NCBI GenBank assembly: GCA_905178155.1
Contig: CAJINV010000001.1
Coordinates: forward strand, 6,605,860 to 6,669,859
Reading direction: 5' to 3'
Origin: Amoebophrya sp. A120
Taxonomy: Eukaryota > Protista > Dinoflagellata
Length of the DNA: 64,000 nucleotides
Position numbers and translations under genes: made by a program. Within the stretch, counting starts at the first letter, position 1. Every line of letters begins with the position of its first letter. Under the pieces are notes generated by a model. That model ran no database searches and was not told the origin of the DNA. It was given only the letters and a program-made list of their open reading frames with translations. This document shows positions 49,021 to 61,209 of this stretch, in pieces.

Positions 49021-51596
49021 TTACCTTCTGCACTGTCGCTTTGGATCAACGTCTTGGTCTTCACACTCAACTTGCTCCTGTTCGTCCACGACATAATGAT
49101 CGCCCCCAACCATCTCAACCTCCATTGGCTGCTCATGCTCATGCTCATGCGCATCCGCATCATGCTGTTCTTCTTCCTCCTCTTCGTTCCCGTTGGCGAG
49201 AGCGCCATGCAGTTGCCCGTTTCCCGCTTCCGCATTCTCGTGCGGTTGGCTTTCAGACGATTCTGCCTCCCCGTCGTAGAACACTGATTCGATCTGCAGC
49301 TGACAGTTGGTTAGTCTCTCTTCCTGTTGCTTCAATTCTTCCCGCTTCTTCACGATCTTCGGATCTTCTTTTGCAGCTGATTTGATGATGGGGTTGTTGT
49401 GCAGGGTGTTTTGAATCCAAGATGTTCGAGAATGGAGGACGCCGTTTCTCGTGTGCTTCAAAATGCTGTCGACAAAAGTTTTCGCCTCGCAGTTGAAATT
49501 GGCCTTCACGGCTTTGTGGATCTTCTGCTTGCAGTTCTCGTCCATTTCGGCGCTGCTTTGCTTGAAGGCGTACTCTTTCTTCGCAGCGCCGATAGTCTGC
49601 ATCACATCATCCACGTTCTTCAAATCGTTCCATTTTCCCGTGAGGCTCTGGCTGATCATTTTCTCCAGTGCTTCTGGAATTGCTTCCATCGCTCCAAAAG
49701 ACGCGTCGAAATAACTGTTCGCCGTACCGAACTCCGCCTCCAGGTCAAGTGCGTCGGTGCAGCTCTTGTTAAAGCGGACAGAGGTCACATCGACATTTTT
49801 GCCGGCCTCGGTAATTACTGCGCTGATCAAGCGGCCCGGTAGGGGAGTTACCGTTGGACAGGTCAGCAGTTTCTTCGTAGAAGTTGTTGCGATTTGCTTC
49901 ACATCTTTCATGTACTCCTGGAGGATGGGTCGCCATTCATCCCGGATGCGCCGAAGGCAGTCTTCAAAAACTTCTCGACCTTGGAAGACGGGACACTCGA
50001 AAGCGTTCGTGCCGAAACTCTCCGTCGTCCATTCGAACGTCAAAAGCTCCTCCTTCGCGTGCGCGCCCTCTTTGAATTTCGCAAATGCTGCTGTACTCAA
50101 CTTTTGCTGGACGTTTGTCGAACCGCTCAGCAGTATCGTCTTGACTGCCATGATCAGCTCTTGGTCGCTTTGCGGTTCTCGCCCGATTTTTTCCAGTGCT
50201 CTTTTGCACTCAGCTAACCGCAGACGAATGCTCGTCGCCAGTGCGGGGATGTGTGTCGCGATGAGGTTTGCGAACAACGGCTGGACACGTTCGCGGAAAC
50301 GGATGACCCCAACGCGCTCCTTGGGCAGATTCAACCCAACAAGCATCTCCTCCTCGCGGGTTTCCTCCATCGGCCCTTCCCCACCTTTCACGAAATTGAT
50401 CACGGCGTGCCGCCCCAGGTCGTTCCCGTTGTCCCAATCTTCACAAATCTGTATTGTTGCATCTATTTGTTTCCCCGACCATGCTGGTCCTGCATCGAAG
50501 GGAGAAAAAAAAAGCAGAGCATCAGCATAGTTAAAGATTTAGATTTTTACAATGAATCAGCAGCAACATGAACATGATCTGTTGCTGTTCTATACCCAAT
50601 CCCGGGCACGTCTCTCCGCGTCGATGGAATCGAACAAATCAAACTTGCTCAGTACATGGAGCGTTCGCGCTCCATGCTTATCGAACTCGCGAGCGACTTG
50701 GAGCGCTTCGATGTTATCCTCGGTCTCCTTGGCTTCGGAAACGATGCAGATTAGCGTCTCCTTCTTCTGCACATGCTTCTTCACCAAGGCTTCGACTTGG
50801 CTCTTCAGCCCTTCACTCTTTCCCTCGTTTTGCACGAACCCGGGTAAATCCACCAGAGTCAGGTCGCAGACTCCTGGTCCTTCTACCAGAACTTTTATCT
50901 CACCGCTGACGATCTGCTTCACGGAGGAAACGTCGTCAGGTGCTAAATGCGGAAACTCGTCCATCAGCAGCTCGTTCTGCCTTTCGGAGATTTTTTCTGC
51001 AATCTCGTCCGCACCACATTCTACGTATTTCTTGTTTCGGTCACTGATGTAGAATTTCAGCGCATTTGCTTGCTTCGAGGAACCTGATGAACACGCTGTC
51101 GCCGGCTCTGCTTCCGTACAAGAACTTGCGTCGTCCCGTCGTGTACAGTTCACGACAATGGCAGCCTTCGTGCACATTTCCGCGTCCTGCGGAAATGGCA
51201 CCCCTGGAATGAGGTTTTGTTTCCCCTTTGCTCCAAATCCAACATGCCAAACATACTACTGCAAGAATAAAGCTTCGGGCTGTCATGACTTCGCGCACAA
51301 TCAGGGCGCACTTCGGATTGGTGAATCTGATGGAGAACATCAACAACAACATGGAAAAAACTATAGCAAAATACTGCACGCACAAAATGACGCAGCAACA
51401 ACATAGATAGCGCTATGTCTGTACCGGTCAACCTCGACAGAAAGGACGATTTTCCGGCGCTCGTAGCTCCGATTACGCAAATCTGCGGCAACTGGAGCTC
51501 GTCCTTGGCCAGGGCGTCATCGCGAATTTGGCGAACGACCCGCAGGTGCTCGACATATTGTCCGTTCGCCTCCACAGCACCAGCGAACGTTGTCAT
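49021..51596 (-). CDS. Dynamin-superfamily (Mx/DRP-like) GTPase
   Basis: LPQICVIGATSAGKSS (G1), MCT (G2), LTLVDLPG (G3), SKFD (G4). GT-AG introns 51204-51424 and 50449-50595. GED-like C-terminal helix. Confidence 0.88.
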
Positions 51597-52687
51597 TGCC
51601 GCGAATTGCCTGCTCGGGATGCTTCTTGAAGTTGTTCCGTCGGGTGCAACAGGTTCAGCTCAGCTTGTTCTTACCTTCGTCCCTTGGACAATTTACAGGG
51701 ATACTGCACTCGTTGTACTGCACACGTCGCAATCGCAATCCTATCCGCTAGGAATGGCTTCTGGTTGTAATTATGTCTGTAACTGTCACTGCATAAGTCA
51801 ATCACACAACATGAAAAAATCTTTGAACATTGTACATGGGGTAGTAAGTAATCGATATGTTTCGTATCTCTCTTTTATCTGATCGGTAATCATGGAGCTC
51901 TTCTTGCATCTACCTGACTTTTGGTGAAGACGCAGATAGGAGCGCGATTGGATCCTAGTGGGAAGAAAATAGCAGAAAACTCTTCGAGTTTAGAAACAAG
52001 AGAATGATTTGTGTCGCAGCAAAACGAATTACCCCACGATGTAACCGCCGTCGGTCACCCCAGGCCATCAGTAGGAAAAAAACCTGACGATAGCTGGTCA
52101 ACAGCTCGCGAGGAAAAAAATGAAACCCAGCTCTCAAAAAAAAGCGACTAGTAAGGATCGCACTCGTCAGAACCACACCGACTGTATTTTGTACATCGGC
52201 ATGGATATCCCGGACCCTCATCGATTTCATCCTCTAGCACAACGATGACGGTATTCTACGCAGCATGAACTTAAAGCACGACTTCGGGACGAATACGAAA
52301 CTAAAAGCGATGTCGTCTTGCTTTTACTGCCGATCCTCCAGAACTCGGTCTTTTAGTTATAACCTGAAGAACACTTTTTCGCCCTCACATAAGATAGAAC
52401 TCGAACCGCACAGGATTTGCGTTGGTTGATGATCGTTGTGCGTGTAACACGTGTCGTCTTAAATATGAAGCCAAAAATATCCTACTTTCAGCAATGAATA
52501 TGGTGTCGCTTGTATGAAAATTGTCTATAGACATGACAAATGGCGAACATTGCGATCCAACTTGGTTGCTTTGCCAGGCGCGAACAAGCAGAAACCGCAT
52601 GTGAGAAGTCTAAATTCCTCTTCTTGATTCGCCGTGTTGAGACCTAATTCGATTTCGAATGAAAATCACATCGCTATCGGTTCCTTC

Positions 52688-55031
52688 CTACAGCAAGACC
52701 AGGCCGACTTCTTCGGATTTCAATTTCGGCATGCGGTAGTTGAACAGGTAATACTGCAGGTAGCCGTCGCCGCGACCGAATTTCAGTTCGGTTAAAAACT
52801 CGCTGTTGTCCATGACGTCGAGGGCGTTAAAGACGTCGAAGTCGTTCAGTCGCGCCTGGATCAGGGCCTCTGTCATTAACTGCGGCCACGTACACGTTGT
52901 TGCAACATTCAGGTAGGAATACGCCGCGTTTAGGGTTTTGTGCCTGTGGGAAGGGTTTCAGTTTGACAAAGTACTTATTTGCTTGGTTCGCGCGGCCGTA
53001 TCTCAATCTGATAATGACAACGAAACGGTTTAGTTTCTGATTGGATGATTCTGTTCAGCATTGCAACACATCAAAAGAAAAATTTACTTTTCGTGTCCCA
53101 ACACCGATGATGGCAGGTTGTAGAAGGAGAAGACGTCGGTAACTTTTCCCTGCTTTTGCTCGCGCACATACGCGTAAATCACCTTGTCCCTGGGCAAGAT
53201 CCAGTGTCCGACCTCGGACTTGTCGAGGCAGGGGTAGAGCTTGAACTTTGCGAGGTATTCCGCCAGCAATTTCTGCACCTGCGGAATGTCGCGCTCCTCC
53301 ATTTTTCGGAAGCCGTCCAGTTGATGCTGACCCGGGAGCGCCATCAACTTGATGTAGCGAGACATGGTCATGCGCTGCGGCAAGTGCGAAAACTGGCACT
53401 CGATCAGCTTCTTCGGGTTCAGGTTACGGTGGTGGTACCTGATATGATTTTGCGGCTCAAGTCTCATGCCTGGTGTCGTGCCGTAGATATGCAACGAGTA
53501 CTTTTGAAACACCAGAGAAAAAATCCAACAAACAATGAACAAAATGAAATAAGCAATTCGTGCTTTCGATATGATCCCAGGATGTCGCTCACCTGCAGGA
53601 CGCGACAGGCTTTGGTAGCACTACTCCGGCGGTATAAGCCGCCTGCCAAACGCCCTCCAAATTCACTCGCCTTGTGACCTCCTTGATCAATACAGGGGCC
53701 ATGCGTTTCGATCGCAGCTTCTTGTGGACACACAAAAAGTTGATTTCCGCGACCTGTTGAGTTCAGTTAGATGGATCTTAAAAATCTTTAGCTTTACATG
53801 ACATTCGCATTTCTGTTTTGGTAAAGCAAGACACGCAACTACATCAAAGAACTTCAACTTGTGGTAAAATTTTAATGCAATTTGCACAATACCTCAACTG
53901 GCTTCCCACAGACCTGCATTTTCGCAGGGATTCCAGAAATGAACGCGACGAACTTCTTCGTGGCCTTCACCCGGCAGGCAATGTGCCAGTGCTTTCGGTA
54001 GTGCGGGGGTGTGGTCGCCCATCTCAGAAACTCACGACTGTAGTCGAAACGGAAAGTGCCTGGTGTTGAGATAGGTTTTGTTCTTCAATCGCCACGCTAC
54101 TTACGCCCTGGTTTTTACAGGCAAGGTCAGGGAGGAAGGTCCCACATAGAGCGTGAGCCACATAAACTTTCATGTTCATCTTCAAAAACTTAAGGTAAAA
54201 ACAACTTCAAAACTTTTTTTACTGTCGTCGTCCTCCACGTAATTCTGGGACAGCAGCGTATACACTTCGTCAGCCTGTTTTGTCATGCCGAATTTGCTTC
54301 CTCCCTACTTCTCAAGTATTTCTTGTTCTATTTTGTTACCAATACCAGGTGCATGGTACATGATATAGAAAAAGACCCGCTGCCGTTGCAAAGTAAAGAT
54401 AAAGACTGAAACTGCGAGAGATGATTCAAATGCAGCATGAGGAACGCAAAGTACGTCAGCTTCGTCCATGATGTCCACCGTGTACCACTCGAAGGATTCG
54501 GGTAGAGGCAGTGGCGTTTTTCGCACGTCGCTCACGTTCTGCTCCTGCAGCGGCCCAGTTTCGCCATCCGCTGCGAGGTCTTCCTCGGCTAGCTTCGGAA
54601 CCTGGAAAAATGATGGAACAGCTTGGCGGGTGGAAAACTATTGTACTAGTAGAGCGACAAGGCAAGAAACCATCCTGGTACCGTGCAAGTAACCGAACCC
54701 GAAGACCTTTGCAAACAAAAACAACATTCTATACTGGTTGCGTATCCCAAAATGCGTGCGGCTTGTCTTTTGGTGCCTCTCGAGACTCCGCGCAGACCCT
54801 CCTTTTTGGCTGTTGCTGCAGGGAAAGCATCTGGAGCATTTTTGCCGCCGCGTCGGGCCCCATTTCCTCCTGCGCTTTCGCCAAGAGGTTCAGCACCTCA
54901 GCGCTGGCCCCTGGTGGAGCCGCAACGGCCGGTGCATTTTCCTTCGAGTCGGTTACGGCGCTCTCGGGCGTGTCTTTCGACGCGGCACCGGCGGTCGCAT
55001 TTTGATCAAGGGTGTCGCTGGCGGGAGGCAT
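52688..55031 (-). CDS. NMT: Glycylpeptide N-myristoyltransferase
   Basis: [71 protein letters not shown]-terminal VGLVLL. About six canonical GT-AG introns. Confidence 0.95.
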
Positions 55032-56178
55032 GGTTTGGTACTTGTTTCGGGCACTGGGGCTAGCTACACACTATCCGAACAGGCAACAAAACTGAAAGTA
55101 TGTTCCAAACTCTCAGCGTTGAAAAGTTCCTTAAGCCGAGGCCGCAAACTCAAAAAGTCAAATGGCTATGTTGATATCAAAGTAAGTAAATGTCGAATTA
55201 TATGTCGCTGAATCTTTGTCGTTGACCTTGTTGCTGTGCAGGAAGATTTGGCCTTTCTTTACAGGGGCAATGCCATGGACTTTTTCCTTGGCCTTCAAGC
55301 AATAGGTCGTTTCGTTGCTGAATCGCGCGATCATCCTGCTGATCACGTGTTGTCAGTGTTGGGCCACGTCGAGTGATCTTGGTGAGCAACACTAGACTGA
55401 TCTTTTTTTCGAACAATGAGAAAAATTGTAGCTGCTTACGAAAGCTCACGAGGACAACGGCCTACATCTTAAATTTGAAAACGGCAGTACAGATTCATTA
55501 AGGACCAGGCAAGTGCAGCAACAAGCCGCTTTGCATCAGTCTCTACCGGTCGATTGATTTCTTTTTGCACAGAGACTCCAGGAACCACAAATTAGTTCAG
55601 CAACGAAAAGGTTGAGGGTAGTCCGGGTAGAGGAGAAACATTTTTGGTGAAAAGTAGTGCTGCTCGTGGTAGGTTGGTGAAAGGTGCGACGTTGCGGCAG
55701 GCAGGTGTAAAAGTAGTTTCTATTTGTAGTTGTAGCCCTGAGCTGCATCAGAACTGTGTAATGTACAAGTCTAAGCTCCTGAAGCATTCCGTTCCGCTTC
55801 GCGCGCGGTTCTTCTTTGTCTTTTAAAAAAACCGACAGGCCATAACACTTTATGGTCCTTTGCAATTGCAGCCAGGTGGATTAGAAGCCAAGCTTAACTA
55901 GCATCACCGTCTGATCTTTGCCCAACACAGGACATGAGTCAGAAGATGAAGGTCAAGGTGGATGATCGAATATTGCAAAATGAGTCAAGTTTGCGTGTGA
56001 GTAGTACTTCACCAAAAGAAATGGGCACTACACTCTGATGATTGTTTTTTAGATATTTGGTTTTGGTCTATCTGTCAGTATGCGAGCAAGTACTTTGATG
56101 CTCAGAACCTACTTACCCCAGGCTCTCTGCTCTTCCTCGTTGCGCTAGCTCCTGCTAGAAGCTGCACCATCGCCTTCG

Positions 56179-59100
56179 TCAGTCCTCTTCCTTCTTGTCA
56201 GCCACATTTGCTGCGTCTACGGCCGCCTCTATCTCCGCAACTGCCGCAGCTTCGGCGTCCACGGGGGATGGAGCGGCGATAGCGGGCAGGGACGCACTGG
56301 CCTCCCCTTGTTGTTCCCCTAGTGAGCCGTCCGCGATGGCCTCGGGAATGCCCGCCAGCTGCTGTTTTCTCCTCTTTTCTAGAATGGCCTCCCGGGCTGG
56401 CGCGTCCATGAGTTTGACCAACATTGGTTTGTCGGCCGTGACCTCGTCTGTGTCCTTGTTGTGGTACAGGATATTGCCGCTCATACCTGGAGTAGCGTGG
56501 CGAGAAGCCGTTTGGGTTTGTGAAGACACATGACGAGGACATATCACTACACTACAATGTGCTTCTTGTTGTGCAAACTATAAAGTTGCTGAAAAAGAAG
56601 AAGTGAAAAAGAAGAACTGAATGCACCTGGAACGAAAGTCCACTCTTCGTCGAGGAAAGGCTCCAGATCCCGCACGTTGTCTTTCACGGTGGTGTTGACT
56701 TCTCGTAGTCTATCCTGCTTCCCCATGACGTGCTCTTGGAGCGTGTAGAGCATTCGTCGGATCTGATGTGAAATTGCTGGATTAAATTGCATCTGCGTTC
56801 ATGATACGTACACGTAGTCATGGAAGATTAGTACAAACAAGAACAACTAAATGCTGGCTGCACTCAATTATTCTCATTTTTGGTACGGCCAAAACAACAA
56901 CAAGCGTCTGAATCAATCAGCAAAAGCAAACGAGGCGCAAACAATTTTCATCATCTTGATCTTCAGTACTTCTTGCAATTGCTCCGTCAAGTCTGCGAAC
57001 TCGAACTTCATGGTGTACTTGAGAAACTGCTCGGGTTCCAGGTTTTTTGCGTCGTCGAGGGACTGCTGAATGCACTTGGCCATCAGGTACAGGGCCTGCG
57101 GGCCGTCCAGCCCGCAGCGATCAATCAAGAAATCGCGCTCGATCATCCCGTATGGATTGGAAAAATGTCTGGGTCTGGAAGGTTGGAACTTGTAATGCTA
57201 ACTTTCCATACCTAGAAAATCTGTATTGCGTAACCAACAAAAGTCGCAGCCTCTTTTGTCATGCAAAAACGCAGTTTCTCATGCGGATTTCCTATGAGAA
57301 AGCGTTTTGGGAAGTTATCATGCCGGACTGCATTCGGAAGTGTTTTTATCATGCACATTTTAGCATCACAAGTTTCCAGACCCAGTCATTTTTACATTTG
57401 ATATCCCGTTCGCGAAATCCCCCTGGAAGCTGGTTTCTAAATTCGTCACCGCCCAGGGGATATCAAATGTAAAAATGTGTGGGTCTGGAAACTTGTGATG
57501 CTGGGTGGCGTCTCATGATGAGGCTACAAATGATGGCTCAGCATGAGAAGTTTCTGAGCTCCTAGGTGTTGCCTATTCTGCATGACAAACTGCGCTTCTG
57601 CATCACACAAAAACGCAGCTCTTGGGTAACGTGCATGACAGATTTAAGAGTCATGCCAGACAAGCATGACAAACATGAATTCTTCCAGACCCAGACATTT
57701 TTACAGTTGATAGGAGGTCTCGGCGCTGTCCGACCGCGCCCGGGCCATCTTGAGGCGGACCTGACGCACGTCATTTGGGATGGGGTCCAGCCCCTGCTCC
57801 TCGAGCGCTTCGTTTTCTTCCCGTATCTTCTGCTCCTCCGAATAAAACTCGTCGCGGTCCACGAACTCTTTCAAACGGTCGTAGATCACTTCGTAGTTGA
57901 TCTGCCGTCGCTTGCCCGACATCGCGTTATGACTGTGCACAACTCCCCCACCCCTCATTTGTCATGTAAAATCCCAAACCCAGTCGCTGCCCCGTGGCAC
58001 TGTTTGCATGACAAATTTCGAAAGCCCAAACAGTACTACAGCAAGTGCATAAATTTGCCATGCACAGGCTCCAGGGTCGCTGGCGTTCGTATTGCTGTCC
58101 ATGCAATACAAATGAGGGGGAGGGGGAGCTTTGCACTGTCATACGCGTCCGTGGACTGCGACTGGGACATCAGCGTGTCGGTGAATATGTCCTTATCCAG
58201 GAAAAAACACCCATCCCCATCCATTTTTTGCATGACAAACAGTGGACTTTACGCATGTTTTGCATGACAAATTGGATCGGGATGGGTGTTTTTTCCTGGA
58301 TAGTCCTTCACCTGCTGGAAGATGGTGTGCGCGCCGCGGAAGTTGGTGTGGTGCAGCACCCCCATGTATTTGTCGTACACGAGGGCAGTGAGTAAATTCA
58401 GCACGAGGAAAACCAAAATGATGATGAAGGAGAAGAACCACAGACTCGCGATCAGTGGAGTGATCCGGTAAATCTTGTCGTAGTCGAAATCCCCGTACAC
58501 GATCTTCAAAGTCACGCCCATGGCCTTCAGCAGCGTGTTCCACTCCTCCAGCTGGGAGCCAAAGAGGATCCAACCGCCCATGCTGTAGTTCACGTACACG
58601 AGGAAAAAGACGATCAGGAAATGCAGCATGTCGTAACTGGCGTTCACCAAACTGAGCCCCATAATCGCAATGCGCGGCTGGCCGCGGAATCCCTTGAAAA
58701 AACGCATTATGATCAGCATGGAGTAGATATCCCACAGAAAAAACAAAAAGCAGGCAGGGCATATTTGTAATGCAAAAATAGATACACAGAGAAATCTGCC
58801 ATGCCTGGCCCCATAGCATGCTGTTTAGGATATGCAGTACACATTTTTTTATGTATTTATTTTTGCAATACAAATATGACGTGCCAGCTTTTTTCTGTGT
58901 GATAGTAGAAAAACCCCAAAAGCTGCACCATTTTGCGCCGGGCCTCGATATCGTCGCTCAAAGCGAAAAGCTCCAGGTTGCTGTCGTAATACGGCGTCAA
59001 ACCCGTTCCGACGCTTCCAAATTGTCCGGTACCGACAGCGCGCTGAATAGCTTGCGGCCCTGAAAAGTCGAAGTTTGCAAGAAATCGATCTTTCCTGCTT

Positions 59101-61209
59101 GCTATAATTTTTCATTCGCGCTGAGAACAACTAAGCAGCGCCAACATCGTTAGTGAGATAAATGCAGTCATGCGTGATGCCTACACAAAACCAATCTTTT
59201 TCATTCTGTGCATGTTGCCTACAGATGACAAAAATTCAAAAACTTTGTAAGTACTGTACATATACATTCTGAAAAATCACAAACCATAGAAACATATAAA
59301 TACCTATCTCGCTGAACATCCCTGCTAAATCCTTTAGGTTACTTTGCAGAGCCATGATTTCAAACACGAATGCGAAACCCATCCCGACAGAAAGCCAATC
59401 GATGAAATTCCAGAAGTCGCTCCAGTATTCGCGCAAATAGCTCCAGTAGCCCCAAGAAAACGCCTTGCCCCCGAGGAGATCTATGGTGGCTTGCACAAGC
59501 TTCATCTGCTTTATCTCCACGTACATGAGCGTGCACACCAGCACCACCTGTTTTCGTTTTGTTGTAAGTATGATCAAAAAATTAAAATGGCATCGAGCAA
59601 GATTCTTGCAATTTCTAACAAAAACTGCACCCGGATTGCATCATATCAAAACCTAGACAGGTGGCAGAAAGAAGTAGACCACGGAACAAGAGCGAGCAAA
59701 ATGAAATGAATCCAATTCAGATGAGTGTCAGTACCCAGATGACGTCGTAGACGATAGCGAGACCATTCTCATACAGATCGCTGGTCTCGGCGTGTACGGA
59801 CAAGGTGGTTTCTACCCAGCCTCCGCGGTGAAATTCGAACTCGATCTTGGTGTTCAAGTACACTTTGGTTTCCGGGTTGAAGGCAAGAAATCTTATCATC
59901 AAGTCGATGCTCGCGGAGTCGATCCATTCGCGCTGGACCAGAGTTGTCAAGTACGCGTGCTGTTGCAGTCGTACTTTCTCGGCGGAAACCGTGTTCGGCA
60001 GCGACATCACACTGGGATTGTTCTGGTCCCAAAAATTCAGGAAGGCGTAGTACCTTGATGTTGATGTTGCAGAAGTAGTGCCCGGAATAAAAGATTTTTG
60101 TGCTTTTGGTGTAGTTTCTCTCGTGTTGCTGTAAATCTACTGTGCTTTCCCTGTTGTTTCAAAAAGCAAACGATATTAAGGTTAAGGCTAACGAAAAGCA
60201 TAAGCTGAAGCTGAAGCTATACAACCTTGATCTTCATCTTCATCAGACACCCAGTCGTCTGCAAACTAGTGGAGTAACAAGTAACAAAACTATCTCTGGC
60301 ACTCCTAGCTAGCCTAGTCTTGCTCTTAAGGAGGTAGAACCAGAAATATTAAGCTCCCACTGGAAAAAGCGTGCTTATAGGGGTACTTCTCACTTACCTG
60401 AATTCCTCGGCGTTCGCGAGCCCCCCAGCCTTGTGTACGAATTCCGGGCCGAGTCCGGGGAAGGACGTGTCCAGCGGCTGGTCCGGCGGGAAGCAGTGGG
60501 CGTCGTAGAATTTTCGCAGCCCCGCATCCACGTCGCAGCTGGTTTTCTTCGCGCGACTCTGGCTCAAGACCACGGAGCCGGCGATCCGGTTGTACACCTT
60601 CACCACGGACCCGTTTATTCTGGGCAGAAACCCGTCCTGCAGCCAGTCGTTGACGTCCTCCCGAGTCTCCAAGTCGTGGATCGTCAAGGGACTGGCCGTC
60701 TCGTTGGGACTGCGGATCACCTCGATCCGCTCCAAGTCGTCCACCACACCGCGGCGCGTCAAGTACACCGCCTGAATGTTGCTGTGCACGATGACGACGA
60801 GCAGAAAGGTGATCCACAAAAACAGCGTGAAGGGCAGCGTGAGGCAGTCCTCGCGCAAAATCACCTGCTTGCGGCAGTACTCCATAAACACCTGGTTGGT
60901 CACCTTCTCCTTTTGTTTCCTCGCGATGTCCTTCCGGTGCTCCTCCACCTGCTCCTGGGTGGGCGCGCTGGAGATCGTGGCCGCCGATTTTTGGTATTTC
61001 ACGCCGCCATCCGCGTCTACGGACATGGCATTTTCGAGTTGCTGCTTCCGAAACCCCTCGATGGTGGTAAGGTATTTCAGCTGCGCGGTCTTGTTCGCGT
61101 TCCTCAGGCCCGTCACGGCCCGGCTCCACATGCTTGGGCCCTTCATCTGCGACTCCATGCGCGCCATCCGCGCGCGGTTGGCGGCTTTTATCTTCTCTCG
61201 CGGATCCAT
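56179..61209 (-). CDS. Polycystin-2/TRPP-like cation channel
   Basis: WIDSAS...FLAFNPET...FEFHRGGW (polycystin domain), DFWNFIDW, MRFFK, GWILFG, YGDFDY pore, LVLNLLTALVYDKY. Five GT-AG introns (60054-60397, 59548-59734, 59060-59303, 56793-56969, 56487-56626) and five introners. Confidence 0.87.
57151..57403. mobile_element. Introner/MITE family A (253 bp)
   Basis: Left end TATGGATTGGAAAAATGTCTGGGTCTGGAA, right end TTCCAGACCCAGTCATTTTTACATTTGATA. Perfect TSD TCCCG. Confidence 0.92.
57461..57712. mobile_element. Introner/MITE family A (252 bp), opposite orientation to 57151-57403
   Basis: TIR TATCAAmTGTAAAAATGTsTGGGTCTGGAA. Imperfect TSD GGGGA/GGAGG. Removing 5 extra nt restores the frame. 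Confidence 0.9.
57928..58143. mobile_element. Introner/MITE (216 bp), TATG...CATA ends
   Basis: TIR TATGACwGTGCAnAnCTCCCCCnCCCC(C)TCATTTGT. Perfect TSD CGCGT. Removal gives STDA|MSGK. Confidence 0.93.
58194..58302. mobile_element. Introner/MITE (109 bp, smallest)
   Basis: TIR TATCCAGGAAAAAACACCCATCCCsATCCA. Perfect TSD GTCCT. Removal gives QVKD|IFTD. Confidence 0.94.
58728..58904. mobile_element. Introner/MITE (177 bp) with a long imperfect TIR
   Basis: TATCmCACAGAAAAAA...CATATTTGTAwTGCAAAA at both ends. Perfect TSD GTAGA. Removal gives LGFFY|SMLII. Confidence 0.92.

Noticed and set aside
52944-54734. NMT introns as further introners
   Set aside because: They have canonical GT-AG ends and no visible TIR or TSD.
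15217-58904. TA ends as Tc1/mariner TA target duplications
   Set aside because: Distinct 5-bp duplications lie outside the TA, and frame restoration needs removal of the element plus 5 nt.
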